Origin: Candidatus Borrarchaeum yapensis
GTDB lineage: Archaea; Asgardarchaeota; Sifarchaeia; Borrarchaeales; Borrarchaeaceae
Direction: 5' to 3'
DNA: 64,000 nucleotides
NCBI GenBank assembly: GCA_016840515.1
Contig: JAEOSF010000002.1
Coordinates: forward strand, 47,918 to 111,917
A program made the position numbers and the translations under genes. This document shows, in pieces, positions 41,027 to 50,461 of this stretch; positions within the stretch are counted from its first letter, which is position 1; each line of letters opens with the position of its first letter. A model generated the notes under the pieces. That model worked only from the letters and a program-made list of their open reading frames with translations. It ran no database searches and was not told where the DNA came from.

Positions 41027-42598
41027 ATGTCATCGATTAAAGAATGGTTTAGAACTAGGAAAGTAGACAAGGATGTTAAAAGAGTAGCAGACAAAGGATT
41101 GGACGCTGATGAGGTAATTGAGAAGGAATGGGGTAGAGATCGATATACATACATTTGGAACCACCAAGTATATCCTGGAATAATACATCGACTTACGTAT
41201 GAAGATATTATGAATGCTCCTCCAATTTATGATATGCATTGTCCGGGATGTAGAAAACTAGCAGAAGCAAGGAAATGTCCAAAATGTGGAACACTTGCAA
41301 ATAAAGGACAACAATTCTGTAGAAAATGTGGAGCAGATATACCTACCGAACGAGTTTCTACAATAAAAGCAGGTCAGCCTTTCTGTAAGAAGTGTGGATA
41401 TGATGCGAGACTTCAGGAACCCATTCGAGGATTCGTTGTACGATCGTATGAAAAAGCATTGTTTTATAAACAGGGAGCTTTGGTAGGAGAATTAAGTGCA
41501 GGAGTATATGATTTAATACCAGAAGAAGAGAGAAAAATTGAAGAAAAAGCGAGAGAGCGTGCACAAGAATTAGAAGCGTCAGGGAGACTGGACAAAGCAT
41601 GGAGGAAAGAGGATTCTAAAGGACTACTTCACAAAATCTTTAGCGGAATGGATGTACGAAAGCTCTACAGTGCACTAGTTGGCACTGAAATCATATGGGT
41701 AAATACACGGGAATATAAACTTTCCTGGGGAGTTCCAAAACGTATCTATACACAAGATAAGGTGAAGATTGGAGCCTCAGGCACGGCGTACGTCAAAATT
41801 AGTGAGCCTAAACGCCTCGTTCAAAACTTTATTGGTGGTAAGGAGAAATTAGCGCCTGATGAGTTTGATAACTGGGCAAAGGACTCCATGAGAGGAATTG
41901 TAACTCAAACATTATCCACCTATCCATTAGAAGATGTGTTTTCAAATCGCGAAGGTATTTCCACTAAAGCAAAAGTAATCGCTGAGAATACATTTGGTGA
42001 TTGGGGAGTCCAGTTAGCGCGACTTGAAATAGCAACCATCGCTGGAGCTGAAGAGTACGAAGAATTAGTTATACAAAAAACTGCCAAGGCGAAAATGATA
42101 AGTTCCGAAACAGAACTTGCGATGCTTGAAAAAGAAAAGGAGTTAAAACTAGCAGAATTAGAAGCTATGAAAGCAAAATATGAAGCACTCTCATCAACTG
42201 CTGAAGATGAAGCACTTGCAAGAATAGAAGCCGAAAAGTACGCTACAATGAAAGGTATTGACGCAGAGTTGTATTTAAGAGCCAAAGAAGCGGGTATAAG
42301 CGTTGAGGAACTTGTAAAAGCTGAAGGATATCGAGAACTAGGTAAGAAAGGTGTCTCAATTGATGCATCCCCAACAATAGTCACCGGAGCTGGTGTTGTT
42401 CCAGTCGCAGGTCCATCAACGATTCCAACCAAGTCTACTGATGCAGATAAAATTAAAAAAGAGATAGGTGAGCGCCAACAGAGAATAGAAAAAGCAGATG
42501 ATCTCCTCCTTGATGGAAAGATTTCCGAGGAGAAGCACTCAGATTTAGTTATACGCCTGAAGAAGGAGATTGCAGAGCTCAAAGCACAGTTAGGTTAA
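41027..42598 (+). CDS. Zinc-ribbon plus SPFH/band-7 (flotillin/stomatin-like) protein with C-terminal coiled coil
   Basis: N-terminal CPGCRK...CPKCG...CRKCG...CKKCG ribbons. Central SPFH-like block (GFVVRSYEKALFYKQGALVGELSAGVYDLIP...) followed by an EA-rich heptad coiled coil. Confidence 0.5.
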   Translation: MSSIKEWFRTRKVDKDVKRVADKGLDADEVIEKEWGRDRYTYIWNHQVYPGIIHRLTYEDIMNAPPIYDMHCPGCRKLAEARKCPKCGTLANKGQQFCRKCGADIPTERVSTIKAGQPFCKKCGYDARLQEPIRGFVVRSYEKALFYKQGALVGELSAGVYDLIPEEERKIEEKARERAQELEASGRLDKAWRKEDSKGLLHKIFSGMDVRKLYSALVGTEIIWVNTREYKLSWGVPKRIYTQDKVKIGASGTAYVKISEPKRLVQNFIGGKEKLAPDEFDNWAKDSMRGIVTQTLSTYPLEDVFSNREGISTKAKVIAENTFGDWGVQLARLEIATIAGAEEYEELVIQKTAKAKMISSETELAMLEKEKELKLAELEAMKAKYEALSSTAEDEALARIEAEKYATMKGIDAELYLRAKEAGISVEELVKAEGYRELGKKGVSIDASPTIVTGAGVVPVAGPSTIPTKSTDADKIKKEIGERQQRIEKADDLLLDGKISEEKHSDLVIRLKKEIAELKAQLG

Positions 42599-42971
42599 AT
42601 AATAGTGTTTCAACCCCATAAAAGAGCAATCTATGTAAAAAATCTCAAAATATCAAATCTTTCACTTTTTTTATCCCTTTTTTGAATTTTTTGATTCTAA
42701 GCAAAAAAAATAGTCTATACAGATATTAAAGCATCAATTCTTTTTTTTTGCAAAAATTTCGCAGTTTTATTCACAGTCTTGGTCTTGTTGTATAACGAAA
42801 AGGATAGTTTATTTAAATTGGGAATTTAAGAAAAGAGATATTGGTTTCCTTTTTCTTCTCTTTAGAGATAAAGAGAAAAAATAAGGCTCAAATTGACAAA
42901 TGCCAAATGTTTATAAATGAATTAAATCTAGTATCGAAAATACTAGAATAGAGGAACAAAATCTCGTATCG

Positions 42972-43415
42972 GTGAGAAGTTTCATGGTTACCATTTATGA
43001 AGTGCCAGCGGCTATACTAAATAAAGAAGTTGCGAGTGAACTTAAGAACATAGATGAACTTAAACCTCCAGCATGGGCGTCCTTTGTTAAAACTGGCGTC
43101 TTTCGGGAGAAGGCACCGACCAATCCTGATTGGTGGTATGTTAGATTAGCATCATTACTAAGGAAAGTTTATATTAATGGTCCAATTGGAGTCAATCGTC
43201 TTCGAATAAAGTATGGAGGAAGGCTACGCAAAGGAAATAGAAGAGAACATTTTAGAAAAGGCGCTGGAAAGATAATTAGATTCGGTTTACAACAGTTAGA
43301 GGTATTAGGTTTTATTGAGAAGCCAAATGATACTTCTGGACGAATATTATCGGCTAAAGGTCGTTCTTTTATGGATCGTGCTGCTAACAAGATTTTAAAG
43401 CAAATAAAAAAGTAA
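42972..43415 (+). CDS. rps19e: 30S ribosomal protein S19e
   Basis: PDWWYVRLASLLRKVY and GGRLRKGNRREHFRKGAGKIIR are S19e signatures. Confidence 0.8.
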   Translation: MRSFMVTIYEVPAAILNKEVASELKNIDELKPPAWASFVKTGVFREKAPTNPDWWYVRLASLLRKVYINGPIGVNRLRIKYGGRLRKGNRREHFRKGAGKIIRFGLQQLEVLGFIEKPNDTSGRILSAKGRSFMDRAANKILKQIKK

Positions 43416-43445
43416 GAATGATTTTTTAACTTTGAGGGAAAAACT

Positions 43446-43775
43446 TTGTCGGATGAAGAACTTGAAGAATTAAAGAAAAGACGCATGCTTGAGTTACAAC
43501 AGCAACAAGTAGAAAAAGAGCGACAAGCACAAATGCAACAGGAACTAGAAGCCCAGAAACAAGCAATACTCCGACAGATATTGACCCCTGAAGCAAGAGA
43601 ACGATTGAATCGAATAAAAATTGTGAAACCCGAATTAGCTGAAGCTGTTGAACTTCAATTAATTCAACTTGCACAAGCCGGACGACTTGGCAATGTATTA
43701 ACTGATGACCAATTAAAAACCATATTAAGAAGATTGACTGATAAACAAAGAGACATTAAAATCACACGAAAATAG
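43446..43775 (+). CDS. PDCD5/TFAR19-family dsDNA-binding protein
   Basis: Conserved archaeal partner downstream of S19e. Gln/Glu-rich helical protein with an ...[14 protein letters not shown]... core. Confidence 0.6.
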   Translation: MSDEELEELKKRRMLELQQQQVEKERQAQMQQELEAQKQAILRQILTPEARERLNRIKIVKPELAEAVELQLIQLAQAGRLGNVLTDDQLKTILRRLTDKQRDIKITRK

Positions 43776-43788
43776 GAGATTCTTGTCA

Positions 43789-43944
43789 TTGGCACGATAT
43801 AAACCTTTAGGAAAAAAATTGCGACTAGGAAAAGCACTGAAACAATCAAGAAGCGTTCCTGCATGGATAGTTGTTAGAACTCGAAGAAGAGTGCGTACAC
43901 ATCCTAAAAGGAGACATTGGCGACGTACACGCTTAAAGAAATAG
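43789..43944 (+). CDS. rpl39e: 50S ribosomal protein L39e (51 aa, TTG start)
   Basis: Translation (M)[50 protein letters not shown] matches the L39e consensus. AGGAG RBS lies 10 nt upstream. Not in the ORF track. Confidence 0.8.
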   Translation: MARYKPLGKKLRLGKALKQSRSVPAWIVVRTRRRVRTHPKRRHWRRTRLKK

Positions 43945-43965
43945 TAGAAAGGATGCGTAAACGAG

Positions 43966-44253
43966 ATGTCAGAAGAAGAAATATTAGATGAAGAAATTGA
44001 AAAAGAAGAGTTATATACTATTCCATTTCGTGACGTAAAGCACGCCCCACGGAATAAACGGACAGTTCGTGCGATAAAGATTCTGAAACATTACATAGAA
44101 CGTCATATGAAAGTAAATCCTATTGACATTCGAATTGATCCAGAACTCAATGAAGAACTTTGGAAGCGTGGCATCGAAAAACCTCCGAGAAAAATAAGAG
44201 TTAGGGCAGTGAAGGACACCGAAGGGATATGTGAAGTTTACTTAGCAAAATGA
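43966..44253 (+). CDS. rpl31e: 50S ribosomal protein L31e
   Basis: 95 aa, of the size and position expected for L31e. Confidence 0.75.
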   Translation: MSEEEILDEEIEKEELYTIPFRDVKHAPRNKRTVRAIKILKHYIERHMKVNPIDIRIDPELNEELWKRGIEKPPRKIRVRAVKDTEGICEVYLAK

Positions 44254-44319
44254 AATTCTTATTTCAGTAGATATTTGCTCTTTTTGTTTTTTCAAAAATT
44301 AATTTAATTACTATACTCA

Positions 44320-44991
44320 CTAAAGTGCGAAAGTTTGTGAGATTCTAACTAATTCAGGACCTGTAGTCTCTTCGCCTGTAATGCACCCCTGTGAATTAAC
44401 TAAGATTCCTGTTGAGACATATGGAACACCTCTGTTAACAGTCCCAATATCAGAATGTACTTTTAAGCCTTCGCTAATCCATTCTAATTCCTTTTCGGTA
44501 GCTAATGGATGTACCATAGCGCCTTCATTACTTGCCGCCCCAATTGATCCGACTAAAGATGAACTGACGATCTTTCCTTGAAGAACTTCTACATTGAGAA
44601 TATCGGTAATTTGTTTAATGTCATTTTGATCAAAATCATCCGCAACAATTGCGCCTTTGTCATTAGCAAGAATGCAATTTCCGACAGTTAGTTTACTTTT
44701 CAATCTTTCAACAGGGATACCAATTTCCTTCTTAAGATATTTGAGTTCATCATCAGAAGAAAGGAAATGGGTCAATATACCATTTCTGTTGCCTGCAGCT
44801 AATATTCCAATTAGATATGATTGATAAATTGACGTTTTAATAATTGGCGCTTTAAAAACCTCGTATAGCTTATTGACTACTCGTTTAGGGAGATTTCTTG
44901 GAACAAGCACATAACTATCCGTAGCCAGTGAAATTATACCTATTGATGAAATACCGTTAAAGTTGCTTTGAATAATAACCACATAGTTCAC
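44320..44991 (-). CDS. eif6: Translation initiation factor 6 (aIF6)
   Basis: 223 aa with a pentameric repeat architecture (SIGIISLATDSYVLVP... repeats). Opposite strand to the neighbouring ribosomal genes. Confidence 0.7.
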   Translation of the reverse strand: MNYVVIIQSNFNGISSIGIISLATDSYVLVPRNLPKRVVNKLYEVFKAPIIKTSIYQSYLIGILAAGNRNGILTHFLSSDDELKYLKKEIGIPVERLKSKLTVGNCILANDKGAIVADDFDQNDIKQITDILNVEVLQGKIVSSSLVGSIGAASNEGAMVHPLATEKELEWISEGLKVHSDIGTVNRGVPYVSTGILVNSQGCITGEETTGPELVRISQTFAL

Positions 44992-45202
44992 CAGTATGTT
45001 GTTAATCTATTTTAATCTCAGAAAGAACTCTCGCCAGATAAATATCACTTAAAAACGAAGTCTTTGAAAGATGAATGACCTTGTTATAATAAAAGATATT
45101 AATTTTTTGATTATGCTATTGAAAAACTAATTTTCACAGTAAGAAGTATTATTTTCACAAAGCGAAAACTCGAAACCCCAATGTAAAAGGTTAAAAGATA
45201 AT

Positions 45203-45487
45203 ATGTTAAGATGTGCACAAAAGGTTTCACAGAAAATAGAGGTGTTTTTGTTGTCAGTATATCGGATTAAGGGTTGTTATAGGGCGAAGAATAAAAAGAT
45301 CCCATTCGCTAAAGAGGTTAAAGCCCTAAAAGAAACTCATGCAATTGAAAATGTTTTATCTCTCATAGGAAGTAAACACAAAGTTCCAAGAAAATTCATA
45401 AAAATAACAGAAATTAAACAAATTCAAGATGAAGAAATTACCGATCCTGTATTGAAGAGTATTACTTCTGAATTATCACGAATATAA
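45203..45487 (+). CDS. rplX: 50S ribosomal protein LX (L18Ae)
   Basis: YRIKGCYRAK...LIGSKHKVPRKFIKITEI matches the LX motif. The true start is probably downstream of the annotated ATG. Confidence 0.55.
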   Translation: MLRCAQKVSQKIEVFLLSVYRIKGCYRAKNKKIPFAKEVKALKETHAIENVLSLIGSKHKVPRKFIKITEIKQIQDEEITDPVLKSITSELSRI

Positions 45488-45513
45488 ATAATTTGCCAAG
45501 GGAGGCATAAAGA

Positions 45514-45939
45514 ATGGCTGAAGAACAAAAAAAGATTGAACAGATGGTTCTCGAACTCAATCAACAACAAGCTAATGCAGATGTATTAAGAACTAATGTC
45601 GAAGCTGTTGAAGCTCAAATTAATCAGGTTACAATAACAGGTGTTACACTTGATGGAATCACTAAAGCAGAAGAAGGTCAAGATATCCTTTTACCTATTG
45701 GATCGAATTCATTTGTTTTTGCAACACTTCAAAACGTACAAAAGGTTATTCTAGGGATAGGTAGTGATGTAGCTATTGAAACTAGTATAGAGAAAGCTCA
45801 AGAAAAACTTGCTGAACGGTTACAAGAACTAAGAGGGATTTCCACAACGCTCCAAAACCAGTTGAGAACCACTCTCCAGAGAATAGAAGAACTTCGGGCG
45901 ACTGTACAAGAAGTTTACAATAAGATGCAACAAAGATAG
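45514..45939 (+). CDS. pfdA: Prefoldin alpha subunit
   Basis: 141 aa coiled-coil, beta-hairpin, coiled-coil. Conserved position before ftsY. Confidence 0.75.
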   Translation: MAEEQKKIEQMVLELNQQQANADVLRTNVEAVEAQINQVTITGVTLDGITKAEEGQDILLPIGSNSFVFATLQNVQKVILGIGSDVAIETSIEKAQEKLAERLQELRGISTTLQNQLRTTLQRIEELRATVQEVYNKMQQR

Positions 45940-45994
45940 CATCAATATTACTTTTTCTGAACAATTACTGTTTAAGTGACCTTCACAGAGAGAA

Positions 45995-46930
45995 ATGAAG
46001 ATGTTTGAAAAGCTAAAAAAGAGTCTCACGGGATTTGCTGACAAGGTATCCAGTAAGACTTTAAGCGAAGATCAAATTGAAGATGTTCTCTGGGAACTTC
46101 AATTAATCCTTCTTGAAAACGATGTAGCCCTTACCGTGGCAGCTGAGATTGGTGAATTGATGAAACAACAGTTGACTGGTGAAAAGGTAGGGCGTCTTAA
46201 GAGCACAAAGAAATTCGTCTATAGTGCATTAAGAAATACAATTCTAGAAATCCTTACAGTAGAGGGTATAGATCTTCTTGAATTAGCAAAAAAAGGCAAG
46301 GAACAGGGTCAGCCCTTAGCGATTGTGTTTTTAGGAGTTAATGGTACTGGAAAGACAACCACTCTAGCCAAGCTAACAAATCTATTTCAAAAAAAGGGTT
46401 TTTCTGTAGTCCTTGCAGCCTCAGATACCTTCCGCGCAGGAAGTATAGAGCAAATAGAAATACATGCCAAGAGACTAGGAGTTAGAGTAATCAAACACAA
46501 ATATGGCTCAGATTCTGCTGCTGTTGCCTTTGATGCGGTTAGTCATGCAATTGCTAAAAACATAGATATTGTTCTAATTGACACTGCTGGGAGAATGCAA
46601 ACCAATAAAAACCTTATGGGAGAGATGGAAAAGATTGTTCGTGTTCTTAAACGAATCGAAGATGCGAATGTAGTTACAGTATTTGTAGGAGATAGTCTTG
46701 CTGGTAATGATGCCGTAGAACAAGCTCGTGAATTTAATGAGGCAGTAGGAATTGATGCATCAATTCTTACGAAAGTAGACGCTGACAGTAAAGGAGGTGC
46801 CGCTATTTCTATTGCCCATGTTACAAATAAACCGATTGTATTTATTGGGGTAGGACAGGAATACGCCGATTTAGACGCATTTTACCCTCAAAAGTTTGCT
46901 GAAAAGATCGTACCAGAAAGTGCTATATAA
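45995..46930 (+). CDS. ftsY: Signal recognition particle receptor FtsY
   Basis: GVNGTGKTTTLAKL P-loop, DTAGRMQ, TKVDADSKGGAA motifs. Confidence 0.85.
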   Translation: MKMFEKLKKSLTGFADKVSSKTLSEDQIEDVLWELQLILLENDVALTVAAEIGELMKQQLTGEKVGRLKSTKKFVYSALRNTILEILTVEGIDLLELAKKGKEQGQPLAIVFLGVNGTGKTTTLAKLTNLFQKKGFSVVLAASDTFRAGSIEQIEIHAKRLGVRVIKHKYGSDSAAVAFDAVSHAIAKNIDIVLIDTAGRMQTNKNLMGEMEKIVRVLKRIEDANVVTVFVGDSLAGNDAVEQAREFNEAVGIDASILTKVDADSKGGAAISIAHVTNKPIVFIGVGQEYADLDAFYPQKFAEKIVPESAI

Positions 46931-46993
46931 TACAATCATTATTAAATCTTAATAGAGTTAGTAAATCTTATTTAGAAAAAGGAGGAAATCCTT

Positions 46994-47920
46994 ATGGATA
47001 TCCGAGGACAGGATTTCTTAACATTGCAAGATTTTTCATTTGAAGAAATTCATTATATGTTGGATATAGCAAGCGATCTTAAGAGGATGTATCTTCGTGG
47101 AGAGTCATCTGAGATACTAAATGGGAAAACATTAGCTATGATTTTTGAAAAATCAAGTACTAGAACTCGCGTATCCTTTGAAGTGGCTATGCACCAACTG
47201 GGAGGTTATGCACTATTTTTAGGCGCAAAAGATTTACAACTTGGTAGAGGAGAAACTATCCCTGATACTGCGCGTACACTTGCCAGATATGTAGATGGGA
47301 TTATGGCACGTGTTTACTCACATGAAGACTTACTAGATCTTGCAGATTTCTCACAAGTCCCAGTTATAAACGGTCTAAGTGATTTATTCCATCCCTGTCA
47401 AATATTGGCTGACCTTTTGACTATCAAGGAGAAGAGAAAAAATTTTGAGAATTTGAAGTTAAGCTATGTTGGAGATGGAAATAACGTCTGTAATTCTTTA
47501 CTTATAGGATGCTCAAAACTAGGCATCAATGTGGCGTGTGCATGCCCGGAAAACTACGAGCCACTTGAAGATGTTATTGATTTAGCAAAAAACAACGCAA
47601 AAATATTTGATTCTGAAGTTCAGATAGTTCATGACCCTCTTGATGCAGTTCTTGATGCAGATGTTGTCTATACTGATACCTTTATTTCAATGGGGCAAGA
47701 GGCTGAAGCAGAGGAAAGAATGGAAGTTTTTCCACCATTTCAAGTAAATCAAGAATTACTAAACAATGCACTGATAAATGTCATGGTTATGCACTGCCTT
47801 CCAGCGCATCGTGGACAAGAAATCACTAATGAGGTGATTGATGGACCACATTCAGTAGTGTGGGATCAAGCAGAAAATAGATTGCACGCACAAAAGGCAA
47901 TTCTAGCGTTGCTTCTTTAA
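46994..47920 (+). CDS. argF: Ornithine carbamoyltransferase
   Basis: STRTRVSFE, HPCQ, DTFISMG, HCLPAHRGQE motifs. Confidence 0.7.
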   Translation: MDIRGQDFLTLQDFSFEEIHYMLDIASDLKRMYLRGESSEILNGKTLAMIFEKSSTRTRVSFEVAMHQLGGYALFLGAKDLQLGRGETIPDTARTLARYVDGIMARVYSHEDLLDLADFSQVPVINGLSDLFHPCQILADLLTIKEKRKNFENLKLSYVGDGNNVCNSLLIGCSKLGINVACACPENYEPLEDVIDLAKNNAKIFDSEVQIVHDPLDAVLDADVVYTDTFISMGQEAEAEERMEVFPPFQVNQELLNNALINVMVMHCLPAHRGQEITNEVIDGPHSVVWDQAENRLHAQKAILALLL

Positions 47921-47940
47921 TTAAACCATTTAAATCTAGT

Positions 47941-48636
47941 TTACTGAAGCCTAAGACGAAGTTTTAATAACCAGATCAGAGATCTTACACCATCAAGTTT
48001 ACTGATTTTTGCGTGTCCTTTTTTTCGTTTATGATATTCGATAGGCAGTTCGACTAATCGATATCTATTCAATAATATTCTTCCTGTAATATCAGGTTCA
48101 ACCTCAAATCGTTCTGCCTTTATATTGATGTTTTCAAGTACATATTTTCGAAAAAGCTTGTATCCTGTCATCATATCAGTTACCCTTGTACCAAAAAGTA
48201 AAGATGTTGCTAAAGTCAGTCCTAAGTTGCCTAAAGCATGAGAAAAAGTCATACCATAAAGTTTTCCTTTGAATCTTGATCCATAAACTACATCAGCTTT
48301 GCCTTCAATCAAAGGTCTAATTAAACTCGGGATGTCTTTCGGTAAGTATTCCATATCAGCATCTTGGATAACAACAATATCACCATTTGCGGCGTTAAAA
48401 CCAGTTTTTAATGCGGCACCTTTACCTTTATTCATTTTATGCGTAATTAGTCTTACGTTATTCATTTTTTTAACTACTTCTGATGTTTCATCAGTTGATC
48501 CATCATCAACAACAAGAATTTCGTATTCATAACCAAGATCGAGGGCTTTTACTCTTTGAATTACTTCTTTGATCGAATTTGCTTCGTTATATGCAGGAAT
48601 AAGAATTGTAATCTTCAATTCAAGCCCTCTTGACAT
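47941..48636 (-). CDS. GT2 family glycosyltransferase (dolichyl-phosphate sugar transferase-like)
   Basis: ILIPAYNEANSI...VDDGSTDET...QDADMEY motifs. Confidence 0.7.
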   Translation of the reverse strand: MSRGLELKITILIPAYNEANSIKEVIQRVKALDLGYEYEILVVDDGSTDETSEVVKKMNNVRLITHKMNKGKGAALKTGFNAANGDIVVIQDADMEYLPKDIPSLIRPLIEGKADVVYGSRFKGKLYGMTFSHALGNLGLTLATSLLFGTRVTDMMTGYKLFRKYVLENINIKAERFEVEPDITGRILLNRYRLVELPIEYHKRKKGHAKISKLDGVRSLIWLLKLRLRLQ

Positions 48637-48719
48637 ACGATTAATTGAAGACCTAATACTATAACTAGTTTTTAAAACATTGCTCCCATGATAATTTCAT
48701 TTCACACGAGAAAGTGATA

Positions 48720-49055
48720 CTAACGTTGTTTTTTCACTTTATAGGGATATCTGCTGTAACTTTTGCATTTATAGCATGTTATAACCATGTGTGGCTCACG
48801 TCCGTTACGTAATCTTATTTGACAGGTTACACCCGGAATTAATAATGAATGACAATGTTTGCAAATTTGCCAACGTTGAGATCGTGGAATCCTAATCTTA
48901 TGTCGCATACCAATCCGTAAGGCAAGTTGTACATATCTTTGTGCCAGATTATTATCTGTACGAAATACTGCCTTAGCTAATTCCAGAAGATATTCGATCC
49001 TTTCGCGTGCGATTTTTTTTATGGAGCGATTATTTTTTCTTTTACGACGTTTCAT
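48720..49055 (-). CDS. rnp4: RNase P protein component 4 (Rpp21)
   Basis: Zinc ribbon CKHCHSLLIPGVTCQIRL...ITCYKC and a basic N-terminal helix IARERIEYLLELA. The start is chosen at the internal Met (MKRRKRK). The track ORF extends to 49130. Confidence 0.65.
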   Translation of the reverse strand: MKRRKRKNNRSIKKIARERIEYLLELAKAVFRTDNNLAQRYVQLALRIGMRHKIRIPRSQRWQICKHCHSLLIPGVTCQIRLRNGREPHMVITCYKCKSYSRYPYKVKKQR

Positions 49056-49193
49056 CACGATCTCACAAAGACTTTTGTAAAAGGAGATATGAATCCTAAA
49101 TTCTATAAAATTATTCCCTTGTGTGGTCAAGCTGCAATAAAGACCGAAAATCTGTTGTATCTTAAAGATTTCCTTATTATTCGAGGATAAAAA

Positions 49194-49898
49194 ATGAAAG
49201 AACCTATTATATACTTCATTTTAGCAGAATCCGCACTAGAATCAATCCCTATTGAATTTAGAAATCATGCTAAATTTCGAAGATATGCTAAAAAACAAAA
49301 AAAGTCCCCAGCAACCATTGTTTTTGATAAATCAATTCACTCATTTTTTATAGATAATCCAAAAGCATATGAAAAAAGAGGTCGTCCTGATATTGTGCAT
49401 GTCTCACTTCTATCAATTTTAGGCACACCTCTATGTAAATTAGGATACCTAAAGATCTTTATACATACTTTGAATAACAATGTTATCCAGGTAGATCCCA
49501 ATGTAAGACTTCCGCGCAATTATGTCCGCTTTTCGGGGTTAATTAGTCAATTGTTCATAATGGGAAAAGTACCTCCACAAGGACCCAGTTTACTTACTAT
49601 TAATGAAATGACTCTAAAAGAACTTCACGATGAAATAAAGCCAAAACATACAATTTTATTCTCTGAAACAGGCAAAGAGGTTGAATTAAACAAATTAATG
49701 AGAAAGGTGGTTGAAATCAAACCACTGGCAATTATTGTAGGTGGATTCCCACATGGTCAATTTGAAAAGAAAACATTGGAAATTGCAGATGAAGTAGTTT
49801 CTATAAGCAAAATATCACTGGATGCTCATATTGCTATATCTAGAGTACTCTATAGTTACGAAATAGCATCAAAAATAGATTTTAACAATGATTTTTAG
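49194..49898 (+). CDS. nep1: Ribosomal RNA small-subunit methyltransferase Nep1 (SPOUT)
   Basis: GRPDIVHVSLL is the Nep1 signature. Confidence 0.75.
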   Translation: MKEPIIYFILAESALESIPIEFRNHAKFRRYAKKQKKSPATIVFDKSIHSFFIDNPKAYEKRGRPDIVHVSLLSILGTPLCKLGYLKIFIHTLNNNVIQVDPNVRLPRNYVRFSGLISQLFIMGKVPPQGPSLLTINEMTLKELHDEIKPKHTILFSETGKEVELNKLMRKVVEIKPLAIIVGGFPHGQFEKKTLEIADEVVSISKISLDAHIAISRVLYSYEIASKIDFNNDF

Positions 49899-50101
49899 AT
49901 TGAATCATTATGTGCTGATCTCGAATAATTTTACGATATTAAGAAGTTCTTTTTTCAAAACACCTTTTGCTAGAAATGTGTTATGAGTAGAAATCGCATT
50001 TTCAGTTTGTCATAACATTTTTAAACAGCTTTTTCTCTATATAGGAATTGAATTGAATAAAAGTTAAACGTTTCAATTCCTTAGAATACAGTTTACATTG
50101 T

Positions 50102-50208
50102 GCGGCTGTAGTCCAGCCTGGCTAAGACTTCGGCCTGCCACGTCGATGACCCGGGTTCAAAAAAATTGAGGTATATGACCCATTTTGAGATTCCCGGCAG
50201 CCGCACCA
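50102..50208 (+). tRNA. tRNA-Gly(GCC) with ~30-nt intron in the T-loop (59/60); CCA encoded
   Basis: Acceptor GCGGCTG/CAGCCGC, anticodon arm TCGGC-CTGCCAC-GTCGA. T-stem CCGGG/CCCGG encloses 37 nt instead of 7. Confidence 0.65.
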
Positions 50209-50267
50209 TTTTAGATCGGCATATATCTTGGAATAAAATTGGGTTTTATAGCTTTACAAATTAATGC

Positions 50268-50404
50268 GCGGCCGTAGTCTAGCGCGGTTTAGGACTCTGC
50301 CGTATATTCAAGAGGAAATGCGGAGGACGCCTTCCAAGTCAGTAACCCGGGTTCAAAAAGTAGGAACATATCGTTTCTATTGGGAGTTCCCGGCGGCCGC
50401 ACCA
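50268..50404 (+). tRNA. tRNA-Gly(UCC)-like with two insertions (anticodon-stem region and T-loop); CCA encoded
   Basis: Acceptor GCGGCCG/CGGCCGC, D-arm GTCT...GGAC, loop CTTCCAA (anticodon TCC). A 29-nt insert precedes the loop and the T-loop is 37 nt. One C-U mismatch in the anticodon stem. Confidence 0.45.
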
Positions 50405-50461
50405 ATCTCCTTTTATTAATTATTTATAGCATTATTCTAAGCTTAGAAGGGGAAATAAAAA

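Noticed and set aside
41920-42582. 220-aa minus-strand ORF
   Set aside because: Antisense to the SPFH coiled-coil region. Its Ser/Ala-rich low-complexity translation is a mirror of the EA-rich heptads.
42600-42970. 370-bp AT-rich gap with poly-T/poly-A tracts upstream of rps19e
   Set aside because: No conserved structure or ORF is discernible. It is likely a promoter/UTR, and I cannot substantiate an ncRNA.
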